Assembly (NCBI GenBank): GCA_000182565.2
Contig: KQ257454.1
Length of the DNA: 64,000 bases
Origin: Spizellomyces punctatus DAOM BR117
Taxonomy: Eukaryota
Reading direction: 5' to 3' (one strand)
The notes under the pieces are model-generated. The model was not told the origin of the DNA. It made no database searches and was given only the letters and a program-made list of their open reading frames with translations. Below are positions 13,057-25,163 of the stretch, piece after piece. The stretch's first letter is position 1, and every line of letters starts with the position of its first letter. The position numbers and the translations under genes are program-made.

Positions 13057-13918
13057 CTTCCTTCAGCAAGCCCAATGAGGATTTGAATACCTATACTACG
13101 CTTCGTTTCTATCCAAAAAGCTGGTTCTCCCAGCAATGCGCATTCTTGTAGCAATTCTGGTATGTGCGCGCCTGAAGCAATTGGCTTTGTGGATATTTGT
13201 ACGCGTCGACTAGACGCGTTATTAGGTGAGCGAAGTCCAAAGAACGGTACGAAAGGGGCAAACCCCCAAACCTTAACTGTTCTATTTATAATATTCGATA
13301 CATGTCGCTCATAGAACTTGAAATACGACCAGCTTAAAGATCTGAGAGTTGGCAAAAGCCTTGCTGTCACGTATACTAATACTCATTAGTCTGGCGCCTT
13401 TTTCCACTAATATCTCATCTGGGCACTGGTTCATATCTATGGTTCCTCATGCTGCCTGAGGAATTTACTGTAGGATAGTTTGCAAATCTGCCCCTTCGCA
13501 ATATCAATCCAATTTTATTCCTTGAACTCAGTTCTATGCTCGTTCATTGTTCGTAACGCTTGAAGGTACTTTAGATTAGATGTCTTGCCAGGGATTTCAC
13601 TGAACCACAGGTATAGATGCTCCTGTTGGACATCAGCTATCTCCTTATGGGAGCTCATGCCTGTATCGGCAATTGCATGGACCGTCACCGAGTTAGTTAC
13701 GGAGAGTGCCTGAAGAAGCTCCGACCAAGCCCCCCATATTACGTAATCAGTTTGAAGTCCATGATTTGTGACGTCACGTCGTCGACCCCCAACGCTTGCT
13801 CCACGTTTAGGTCGCGTGCAACCGCTCAAGGAATCACCTATTTTGAGGGCGATTTGGAGCATCTGCTCCCAAACACCCTCATCTTCATTTACAGCTTCCA
13901 TCCACTGCTTTTAGTAAA

Positions 13919-16900
13919 ATGGAGGACAACGAGTTACTCCGAACGAATGACACAGATGTGTCATTGCTAGGATCTATCTTCACTTCCGTTGCAGTGGTCC
14001 TTAGATCCTTATTCAGTGTGCCCTGGCACTTCTTCGGGTTTCTCTCGTACTCTGTAACAGCGACGATCACATTCAATTACTGGACTCTTCTCGTTGTGTT
14101 TCTATTGTGCGCAACGGCACTTTATCTGGTTGTCCGATACCGTCTCTTGACTCGATACTCCAGGCTGCCGGCGCCTCAAGTTGCAAAAATCACTGGTGTA
14201 TCCTTTGACCTACATCCCGATACAGCCTTTGACGATGACAAGGATCACATCAATTATCCGGATGAGTTGATGGGCGCATTTCTCTCATCGATAAAGATAT
14301 TTGGCTATCTTGATCGCGCTGTGTTCCACGAGCTTGCACGACATTTGCGCACACGAAAACTTAAGGCCGGAGAGGTTCTTTTCCAGTCGGACGATGACGT
14401 TCGGGACTTCTACGTGGTAGTTGATGGGACTGTGCAAGTGTTTGTGAAGGGCCAGGAAGACAAAGAGGAAGAATTACTTCATCAGGCCCCTGAAATGGAT
14501 GAGAAGGATGGCACATCGGTCGGACGAGATTGGCCAGGACACCACCTTCTTAATGAGGTGCACGCTGGCGGCACAGTTTCAAGTCTTTTCAACATTCTAT
14601 CTGTCTTCACAGAGAAAATGGAATTGAACTCAACACTCAGTGCAACAGGTGATTCTCTTGCGGACGCCTTTGATACCCCACCTGAGCACTTGACTGCGTC
14701 ACAAGAAGTATTTCCTGGGTTGAGACGAACAGAATCAGCACAGGGAATGAAGACCAAAGCGCAGCACGCAACGGACTCTGGACCAACTGGACGCCCAGCT
14801 TTGGAAGCTCGTGGGACTGAAGATGTTCTTAATCAATTTGATGAGCAACATTTGCCAGACACTGAGTCCGATATTTCCCCCAGCGCTAGCGCTCGTAAGG
14901 ACCTGCGAATAGCTACCGCTAATATTCTCCCGGCACGCAGTCGATCAGTACATGCCAACATCGCGACGCGCGCCGCCACAGATACTACCCTTGCTGTTAT
15001 TCCCGCGGAAGCGTTTCAAAAGCTTACCGAGAAATTCCCGAAAGCCGCTGCCCATATGGTTCAGGTGATCCTTACCCGCTTCCAACGCGTCACTTTCATG
15101 ACCTTGTATCGCTACCTCGGGTTGTCAAAAGAGCTTTTAAAGATTGAGAAGCGCGTGAACGAGATTGCCGGATATGGTCTTCCGGAAAATCTCTTCAGTT
15201 TAGCGGATTTTCAGCGTCTTCGAGAGAGGGCAAACGTGATGAGGGGTATTGGAGATGGATCACTATCAGACGCTGGTATTCGTCCCACTAGTGGGAAGCG
15301 TGATGTTCACAAAGCCAGCCCGCGTGCACGCCGAACTTCCAAGGTTAAGCAGACGCAATTTGAGGAGAACTATGAAGGCGATGTGGAGGATTCTGAGCGC
15401 GATAGTCCCAACCATTCTATTCCTAGCCTCCTTGTCAGCCGCCCGCGGAATGAAGGCAGAGGCTTTAGGCATCTGCTGGATAACGATCACGACGACTCTG
15501 ATTTAAAGGATTCAATCTTCTCTTGCATAGCTCAGATTATTGGGATGTTTCCAATGGAAGATGCCAGTTCAACGTCCATTATCTCCCCTCAGTCATCACA
15601 GAAGCCGTCGCCAATGGCATATGGTGGAGTACCTCCCAGGCCTCGGGCGTCCCCAAGCTTTAGCGACTTTGATGATACAGCGTCGACATCATCCCGCATG
15701 TCCGTTACTAGCGATAACGGAAGCGCTGATGTCCAGATTTTGTTCTACGAAAGAGGAGCTACACTTATTCGGGAAGGGGAGCGGAATGCCGGCTTGTATT
15801 TTGTAATTGATGGAATGTTGGAAGCATCAGTGAGGTCATCGGCTGAACCAGCATTCCGAGCAATGCCAAAAGATCGTAGCTCGGCCGGAGAAGAGTCTGA
15901 AAGCCCCCTCAATGAGGGATCGTATCGTCGGAGTTTGTTTTTCATCAAGCCAGGTGGATTGGCCGGATATCTGGCTGCAGTTACAGGTGTGTTGGTAGTG
16001 GCATCCAGGCACAGGACAGTCAGCCCCACCGATGCTTAATCATTGAACATTATAGGATATATATCTTTTGTCACAATCCGCGCGAAAACCGATGTCTATG
16101 TTGGCTTCCTTCCAAAATCTGTTTTGGAACGCTATATTGAAAGACATCCCAGTGTGCTGTTGTCATTGGCGAGGCGGCTTACATCTCAGCTATCGCCGCT
16201 GGTCTTCCACATTGATGCGGCATTGGGATGGGATCAAGTGAATGCAGGACAAGTTTTGTGTCGTGAAGGGGAACCTTCGGACTCCATATACATTGTTCTT
16301 AACGGTCGACTCCGTAGCATTATCGAGCGGTCGAAAGCAGATGACAAGGCAACCTTTGAGATCTTGGCCGAATATGGTCAGGGAGAGTCCGTTGGGGAAA
16401 TGGAGGTTTTAACCGATACTGCCCGACCAGCGACAGTTCACGCCATTCGCGATACGGAGATTGCAGTAATGCCAAAAACCTTCTTCAATGCGTTGGCTTT
16501 ACGCCATCCTGAGATAACGATAGCTATTTCTCGAATCATAGCTGCACGTTCACGATTGTCGGTGAAAGGCGCTGGCGGTCCTGTGCAGCCAAATTGGAGC
16601 GCACCTCAAAGCGTCAATCCCTCGAAGAACATGGTGAACGTCAACATGAGAACTGTCGCAATCTTGCCTGTTAATGGACTTGTGCCAATTGCGGACTTTG
16701 CCCGGAATCTCCATAATGCCATGAAGCTGGTTGGTGCTTCTGTGGTGATGCTGGATAATGGCAGCATTATGAATACCCTCGGGAAACATGCCTTTAGCCG
16801 TATCGGACGACTAAAATTGATGAACTGGCTTGCCGACCAGGAAGAAAGCCATCGGATGGTGTTGTACGTCGCAGATGGTGGGGTAAACTCACCTTGGACG

Positions 16901-18363
16901 CAAAGGTGTGTTAGACAAGCAGATTGCATTCTCCTGGTAGGACTTGGAGACGAAGATCCGGAAATTGGCGAATTCGAGCGCCTTTTGATTAGTATGAAGA
17001 TCACGGCTCGGAAAGAGCTCGTCCTTTTGCATTCGGCGCGGATGTGCATCCCTGGAAGCACGGCGCAATGGTTGAAGAACCGAGTGTGGGTACACGCTCA
17101 TCATCACGTATGTTATCTTGCGGTGAAACTTATTCTGTGAGCGTGGAACTCATAATTTTTTGCACCTCACAATGCAGGTCCAAATGCAATTAAGTACTCC
17201 CCGCCTGCTTTCTGAATCATCACGAAAGAATACGCTATCCAATCTTCGCAACCACTTCCAAGGAATCACGGCGCCGCATGTGGAGCAAATGACACCCCTG
17301 CACCTCCATACCGGGATCCGCTCAGATTTTGCTCGTCTGGCTCGCCGACTACTCTCGAAATCCATTGGTCTTGTTCTAGGGGGCGGAGGTGCTCGCGGAA
17401 TATCCCATATTGGAGCGATTCGTGCGCTGGAGGAGGCCGGCATTCCCATCGACATGGTTGGCGGTACCAGCATTGGAAGTTTTGTGGGAGGTCTCTATGC
17501 GCGAGAGAATGATCACGTTAGCGTCTATGGGAGGGCAAAAATGTTCTCTGGGCGCGTTGTATCAAAGTGGAGGCAGATTATGGACTTGACATATCCGGTT
17601 ACAGCCTTATTCACTGGACATGAGTTCAATCGTGGTATTTGGAAGGTATGACGACGTCATCAATGGCTATACAGCTCTAAACTCAAGCTAAAATATTCTT
17701 CAGTGCTTCAAAGAAACCCAGATCGAAGATTGCTGGTTGCCGTACTTTGCGGTGACAACCAACATAACCTGGTCGCGAATGGAAATTCATGAAACTGGGT
17801 ATATGTGGCGATATGTTCGAGCATCTATGTCGCTGTCTGGCTACCTCCCCCCACTTTGTGACAATGGCAACATGCTTCTGGATGGTGGATATCTCAACAA
17901 TCTTCCTGCAGATATCATGCGATCTCACGGAGCCGAAACCATCATTGCGGTTGATGTTGGGTCGGTTGATGATACGAGTCCAGTGACTTACGGCGATTCA
18001 CTTTCGGGATGGTGGGTCCTTCTTCAGCGGTACCTTCCATTCTTTGGACCATATGTGACGAGGAAATACGGCAAAATTCCGGGACTGGCCGATATTCAAG
18101 CGCGTTTGGCTTACGTCTCTAGTGTAAAACAGCTGGAAGATGCGAAACAGATAGAGGGATGTTTCTATTGGAACCCGCCTGTTCAAAAATATGGAACCCT
18201 AGAGTTTGACAAGTTTAAGGATATTTTCATGGTCGGATACAAGTATGGAAATGACATTGTTAAGAAATGGGAAATGGATGGAACGCTGAGGAAGAGGTTT
18301 GGAGTAAAAGATGTTGATGATATGGGAGGCAAGGGACGTCATGGGAGACGGGCGTCTATTTAG
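13919..18363 (+). CDS. NTE1: Lysophospholipase NTE1 (neuropathy target esterase; cNMP-binding plus patatin domains)
   Basis: N-terminal TM, cNMP domains, 'GLVLGGGGARGISHIG', 'GGTSIGS', 'LLDGGYLNNLP', C-terminal 'RRASI'. Confidence 0.96.
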
Positions 18364-19066
18364 TGGTGCTGTATCTTATAGTGTAGGTAGCGGCTAAGTA
18401 GCAGTGCAACTGTACGGTACAAAATTTCTTAGATAGGCCAAGCTGAATACATGCTTTCAATGACCGCATTTTTTTTGCCAGTTGTCGCATCCCAAGTCAT
18501 TTTGCGTCTGAGAAACCACAATATGTTCTTTATTGAACAAGGTAGCAAGTCCAAGTTGCAATATGCAGCTGCCATTTATGCGCGCTATATTCCTCTCCAC
18601 CCATCCTCCTGCTCTTCCCCCAAGACTTCGGGTATGGTGGGACAGCATTTGACTCCTCATATGTAATACCTCCTTTTACAATAGACACAGTTTATTTTGC
18701 GAGACAAGTCCTGAAGGTAAACCAGAAGCTACTCACGATGCATAGGTGACTCTGCTCTTTAAATATATCCAACCATATGGTTATGGAGCGTTCATGATCG
18801 AGATTTCGTAATCACCCTTGCCACAGTCACGACATCATTACGTTATACTGGCGGCTAAGCCTCCGAATTAGATGTTCCAACCTGCAAAACCGCAAGTGAC
18901 GAAATTCTCACCACCATTGACCGACATCAATTTTCTGAAAGGGCGGGGGGCCTCAAGTACGACGGGGAGAGTATAACAGTGTCCTGGATTGTGTCCAAGG
19001 GATTTCCTTGTATTCGTTTTCTGTTACGGACTTTCACAGGCAACCTGGTCCACGTTGTCCACTTCC

Positions 19067-19908
19067 ATGCGACTCAGGATTCCTATCCCCGTCGGGTTTC
19101 TGTTCCTGGCGGCATTGTATCCGCTTGCAGCTGCTCAAGGCGTTCTCATAGCAGCGGCTGGATATTTGATACCGGAAGCTGCCTTTGCAAGTTTTGCGGC
19201 GCAAATTCAGCAAGCTTGTAAGTTGAAACCGGCGTGGGAAACTGATCTGGAAGAACACAAACTTACATGGGAATTTTACAGACCAGCAAATAGCGACACC
19301 CGATGCATACGTGACCAAGGCAGTGGATGATGTGATTTCAACAGCAGGGCATGGGCCCGTAGATACGGCGGCTGTGACATATCTGGTGCAGGTAGGTTCT
19401 ATCCGCCGCCAATTCTCCACATCGAGCCGATCGTCTTACATTGAAATCATAGCAACTTAACACCGTCATCCCCCAAGACCCATCATACACCCCTCTCCGC
19501 GACGCCACGAACCAACTTTCGGCAGCCGTCTTCGCTGCTGAGCATTCGCAGCCTCTCCCGATCCCCGGCTCTGTGACTACTGTTACTTTTGTTCCTCGTC
19601 CTACAGGGAGTCCCATAGTAAGCACGGCACCTTCTCCGTCATCATCTGGGATAGCTTCTGGGACATATTCCCCGATCCGCGGACCAATCACTAGTACAGT
19701 ATCCGTTACAACCTCGGTGACAGTCCAGCCCACCGTCGCGCCCACCGCCGCGCCGTCGCCCATAGGGGGGGATGGTTCTGGGACTTTTCCACCTCCATTC
19801 CAACCTGCAGGAAGGTCTGATAGTGCTGCCATGATGAATAGCATCACAGACGCAGGGTGGAGCATGATGGCTACGATGTTGAGCGTATTCTTGGCTGCGG
19901 CATTTTGA
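19067..19908 (+). CDS. Secreted, Ser/Thr/Pro-rich, probably GPI-anchored cell-surface protein (3 exons)
   Basis: Signal peptide 'MRLRIPIPVGFLFLAALYPLAAA', two GT..AG introns that keep frame, S/T-rich stalk, hydrophobic C-terminus 'WSMMATMLSVFLAAAF'. Confidence 0.7.
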
Positions 19909-20080
19909 CGGCTTAGTTCGAAGCCTGATGAGACTTTTGAAACTTCCTAATGTAACGTGTATATAGACGATGTTCAGTGTTTGACATCATCATTAATTCT
20001 GGTCACAATGTGGTAAACAGTAGGGCAATCTCAATCTTGTGTTGAAATTTGCATAATTATGTAATTCTTTACGAAATTAT

Positions 20081-21872
20081 CTACAATAGATCTTTCATCT
20101 GACTCATAAACTCATCATACTCATCCGTAGCCGCCTTCACTGGTGGTTTTTTGACTGGTGGGGCGGGAGCTGATGGTGCCGGTAAAGGAGACTCGCCCCC
20201 TTCGCCTTCGACATCTGGTGCCGCATTAAGCGCCTTCTTGGGAGGTGGTCGCAGCGGCTTCGGTGCAGATCCAAGTTTCGGCTGGCCTGCTGTTGTCTTC
20301 TTTCTCAGCAATGACGCTGGAATCAATTTTACCGACTCTGCTTGAAGATCTCGCATTTGTGGTGCAGCTGCTATAACTGGTGCAGGTGCAGGCTGTGGTT
20401 CTGGTTGAGGTCCTGCTTCAGGCGCCGTGTTCACCGAAGAATGCGGATAACCGCCGTGAAAACCTGGTGGGGGACCATACGGTGCCATACCAGGTGGAGG
20501 TCCCATAAACGGTGGTCCTGGTCGCGGCATGAATCCTGGCGGTCCGAATGGTGGATATGGTGGCGGGCCTGGGGGCATGCCATGTGGGGGAGGCATAAAA
20601 GGTGGACGGTAGTAACCTACGTGAAACGATGGAGAGGTGCGTTAATGAGCGGCAGTAATACTGAAAATCACTGGGCTAGTACAGACCTGGTATGGGCATT
20701 CCTGGTCCGCTTGGCGGTCCCCATTGTCCAGGATGTCTATACGGGGGACCAAATGGAGGTTCTGGTGGCCGTTCGGTTGGATACGGGTTGTGGTGTTGTC
20801 CAGGTGTTGGTCTGACCTGACCCGGTGTCGCGGGAGGTTGGGTGGATGAGTCTCGAGCTGGGGACGTTTTGTAATCCGCCTTATTTCGGATTTCTGGTAG
20901 CTCCAATGTGACATATATCTGTGCTTCAAAATTAGGTGTTGCTCCGTCGGGTAATGGTATATAGGATAGGTCGTCATATTGAAGCATGGGCTCTGGCTCG
21001 GCTTTCTGGGTTGTGACAGTTTCTGGTTCATTTTGTTCGCTCTCCCCTGAAACGGTACATGGTTTACTATGTTATCCACGCACCGTGATCTTTCACAGTC
21101 ATACCTTCTGAAGATGAAACTGAAGAGTCAGAATCGCCTTCGCTCTCATCACTATCACCTTCGCTTTCTTCATCTACACCGACAATGTTTTGAGTAAATA
21201 GGTATCTTCTAGATATATCAGTGGGCACCTTGGCTTACCAAGGTGCGCAGGCTTCTTCGGTCCATGTGGGTTGAAAGTGGGATGGTACCATTTCATTTCC
21301 ACGTCTGCTTCTTTCTTTTGTTTCTGCTTCGGTAACGGAGCATTTGGGTCGACAGGTGCAAGTCCTAGTTGCTACAAAGGAAATAAGCACAAGGACTGAC
21401 AACTGATGGCAAAACACCTAAAATACCTGTCGTGCTTCATTGATCTTTTTGATCCTCTGTTCAGCATATTGTCGCTTCGTGCGTACAGTTGGATCAGTCT
21501 GCTCTGTTACGCCAAGCTCGTGAGTTCGCAGCCATAGTTTAAGAACTGCCCCAACAACACTCCACCTAGTTCTCGATATGTGGCAAGTTCTGCAAGAACC
21601 TTCGATGTGTCTTTTTGTGCAGTTGTGATCAACCGAATTTTCTTCCGCTCTTCTTTGTTCTAGACGGAGACATGTAAGATAAGTTGCGCGAGACTCCGAG
21701 AGGCGATACAAGATTCCTTACCTTTTTCAGCTCCCGTTTGCGTTGGAGCTTGCGGTGAGCCTACGTATGCATAGTGCCTAAAATCAGTTAAAGAGCGACA
21801 AGACGACCAATGAACAAAAGCGCCGATGCGTACATCCGCCGGGTTCATGCTCTTCCCCGATTTGCGACCCAT
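20081..21872 (-). CDS. WBP11: WW-domain-binding protein 11 (splicing factor), multi-exon
   Basis: 'MGRKSGKSMNPADAHRK..RKRELKK', Pro-rich core, 'IAAAPQMRDLQAESVKLIPASL', C-terminal 'DEYDEFMSQMKDLL'. Confidence 0.85.
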
Positions 21873-22486
21873 CCTCGAGACGAACGGTAAGATGTAGACT
21901 GGTCTTCGCTATAGTATCGTGATTGAGAGGATCTACGAGGATAATGTTTAGCTGTCGTGCGGAGATCTGGCGCTTAGCGAGACCAGACTAGCATGGTCGG
22001 CCTTCGAAGAGAGCTATATATTATGACTGTGCCACTTATGTCTCTCGGGTTAGCCATTGACACCCAGGCCTGGAGTCATCCTTGACTGAATTCGTTTCGC
22101 ACCAACTGCCGCATACCTTATGCTTCTGATGATGCCCCAAACATCAGTCCTTCGCATAGTATTACATTCAATCATCATTAAGTATGATGCCTAGTCAACC
22201 AGTTTACAGCCCATTTCCGGAAACCGATGTCGAAAGACTGAGGACCCGTCAGCGGTATCTTCTCACCTCTTTAGTTCCAACCTTACAATGAAGAACAGGA
22301 CCCACAATGGATGATGGCGCTCTCAACAATTAAAGAAGCATATCCCTATGCACGATCACGCACGATATATTTTAAAGTACATATGATAGTAGTGCTCATT
22401 CGCCAGTGTGTGATATCATTACAGCCGGGAATTGGCAAGGTTCGCCATCGTTTGTAGTGTCGAAGCTCCCATCATCCAAGGGCGCA

Positions 22487-22633
22487 TCACTGCTCAGCCG
22501 TCTCCTGCACATCGTCGTCAACCCCGGTATCATTCCCATCCTCATCAATAAGTCCATTGTTGTAAGCCAACACCATGTCCGCATCGCCGTTGAAGTGGGC
22601 GTAGAGTTCGGCTTGGGAGGGTTCGTCGTCCAT
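22487..22633 (-). CDS. Possible 48-aa acidic microprotein
   Basis: ORF MDDEPSQAELYAHFNGDADMVLAYNNGLIDEDGNDTGVDDDVQETAEQ*, good start context (ACT ATG G), A-rich leader, sits alone in an intergenic gap. Confidence 0.45.
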   Translation of the reverse strand: MDDEPSQAELYAHFNGDADMVLAYNNGLIDEDGNDTGVDDDVQETAEQ

Positions 22634-22882
22634 AGTAACGTCTTTTAGGTTTTCGAGTGAAGTTTGTGGGGAATGATGTTCTGATTGAAAGAGCTGCTAA
22701 AGCGGCGTGTGTGCTGTGATCACAGCCACACACAGTTGTCACACCAACATCGTACTGCACTGCGCTGTTGAGGCAATTGGGACATATTTTAATACGAGAG
22801 GCAGCTGCTGTATACTAAATGAAACTTTAGACCTTGGAAACAAAGCGCAAACACCAGTGTATGGACGAGAAATAGATAGCTT

Positions 22883-24620
22883 TCATATTGGTACAGGAGG
22901 AAGTTGAGGAACATTCGCTAATCGGTTATGGTCAATGTAATAGCGATTCTGCTGTTGATGGGCTGGATGTGGATGAGCATGAAGGCACATTTGCCGCCAA
23001 ATCTTCTTTAATCTATGAGGAGAGGAGAGTGATCGTATAGAGATGAGCGAGCGACCAGCGATGGCAAAAGCGGATCTGCATATCACATAAATCTGAACCT
23101 ACTTACCGTTGTGTTTGCATTGTAGCGATGCCAACCTTGCGCTCCCATGTTTTGAGTTTGCTCTTCAGATCCTCCTGCTGGGCCTGTGTGCCAACCCCAC
23201 TTTAGCTGGCTGCCGCACAACCATGGCGTACTTATAACCACAGTAATAACTTGCCTTTATAGAGACATAGTCCATCACCTGGAAATAAGATCGTCAATGA
23301 CCTCGACAGGGAGACAAGAACTCAAATATTGTAACGGAGTCTGCGAAAACCCGCTCACTTACATCGGGCACTCTAAACTCTTCAATCTGTTCCTTAATCT
23401 TTTGGTTTGTTCTCTGAGCTTGAGCTCTCTCCTGCTCCACGACCTCGGCTTCATCCAGGAGCTTGGTCAATACCTCCTGTCGTTGGGCAATCTCTTGCTT
23501 GAGAAAGTCGGACTCTTGGGTGAGAGCCTGAAGCTTTCTCTGGACTCAAAGATAAGTATCGTAAAGAATATGCGCCAAATAGGGGCCAAAATCTCGAACC
23601 TTGTGAAAGTTTAACACCTGCTGGGTATTTCCCGCTGTCATTTTCAACTTTAAGAGCTCAGCATTTCGCTCTTCAATTTTGGCCAAGTATTGCTTGTTTT
23701 CGATTTGCAACTGGTCAAAGTCGATGGCGTGGAGAACTTCTCCCATCTCTTCCTTTTGTTTAAGTTGGAGATGAAGTTTATTCTTTTGCAGTTTGATGGT
23801 GCTGTTTTTGAGCCGGGTTTTTTTAATGATGGCGTCCTGTTGACAAGCGAGAGCCCATCAGCGACTGATTCGAACTTGCAGTGATCATTCATCGTACCTT
23901 TCCCCGAATTTTGTCCTCAAAATAACGCAGAACCCTCTCTGCCACAACCTTGTTTGTGCGAGGATTGACAGCACCCTGCACAATGTCCCTCTTGAACTCA
24001 TACATTGCCTTCTTTGTCTCTGATATTCTAATATCAATCTCTTCCATCTCGGCTTTGTAATTGTCCAAGACTTTTCCCCACTCTTCCTTTTGTCTTTCAA
24101 TCTCGTCCTTTAGCTCTTCTAGTTCCCTCGTTGCAATCTCGCTCTTTTGCTCGGGGGTGAGGAGGATCGGCGCTTGATGCTTTTCGACCTTTTCTCCCTT
24201 CTTCTTTCGTGCTCTGCCAGCCGCCGGCGTAGCAGCTGGTAGTCCAGAGGTACCGGGAGCCAGGCCTCCAAAGTCCGACGGACCTTCTAGATCCATGTAT
24301 CCCATCTCGCCACCTGCAGTCCCCTTTGCACCCCCGGCTCCAGCAGAAGCACCACTTGCGACATCTGGGCCAACACGGTTCAGAAAGCTCTCAAACAGTG
24401 TATTCTCCGCTTCCAAGAATTGTGCCTTTTTGACCAACTCTTCGTATAGTTTTGCAAGTTCAGCGTCTGAGTACGAGTCAAAATCTGTATCTTCCAACAT
24501 GGGCAGAGCTGTTCCGCCTGTTGTTGAGAGAGGTGGACCATGTGCGGACGCCGGGATTGGGCCAGGGATGGATCGTTCCCTGACAATGGTGGACGGTGAG
24601 ACATCGTCCATTGCTAGCAT
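22883..24620 (-). CDS. CCDC113: Ciliary coiled-coil protein CCDC113/CFAP263 (DUF4201 family)
   Basis: 'LTPEQKSEIATRELEE', 'EVLHAIDFDQLQIENKQYLAKIEERNAELLKLK', 'TWERKVGIA'. Confidence 0.85.
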
Positions 24621-24934
24621 AATATGCGATATTGGTGTTCAGCTGTTGGCGATATTTGTATGTGATCCCATGCAAGCTTGCATCCCTCAGTTTAATCGTT
24701 CTGATCAGAGTTTATTCCGATAGGATTACATAATGACATTTCATAGCGACATTACATTCATGGATTTAAGAGGCGAAACCTGTAAATAACACAACGCACA
24801 TATGACTACGAAGACATGGTAAAATCAGGTGCACTAGTCATCGACATCTTTGTGTAGCCAGAGTCATCTTGCTTGTGACAACTACTTCCAAACATAGCAA
24901 TTCGCCATTTGTATTTCTTCCTTCAATAATAAGC

Positions 24935-25120
24935 TTGGCGTCACCCAGAGATAGTGCAATACTGGGGACACCGGTGCCAGCGTCTAGGGCAAGCCCATCA
25001 ACAGCCAGCGAGTTTCAAAAATAAGTTTGATAACAATTGTCCACAATGTGAACAGATTCAGTTATCAGACTGAATAGAACAGATACTACACTTGATCTTA
25101 GCCAAAAGGCCTGAGAGGAT
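24935..25120 (-). ncRNA. U2: U2 spliceosomal snRNA
   Basis: Minus strand reads ATCCTCTCAGGCCTTTTGGCTAAGATCAAGTGTAGTATCTGTTCT (U2 5' end with branch-site recognition sequence GTAGTA), Sm site TATTTTTG, 3' stem-loop with ATTGCAC loop; ~186 nt. Confidence 0.97.
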
Positions 25121-25154
25121 TAAAGAAAACAGGAGGGGGGACGGGGAACGTCGC

Positions 25155-25163
25155 CTTTTTATA
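25155..25163 (-). promoter_or_regulatory. TATA box of the U2 gene
   Basis: TATAAAAAG on the minus strand about 35 nt upstream of the U2 5' end. Confidence 0.7.

Noticed and set aside
13200-13901. Separate gene between TSNAXIP1 and NTE1 (ORFs 13515-13901 - and 13617-13970 +)
   Set aside because: No recognisable homology, and the minus ORF would start only 18 bp from the NTE1 ATG; it may be UTR or upstream NTE1 exons
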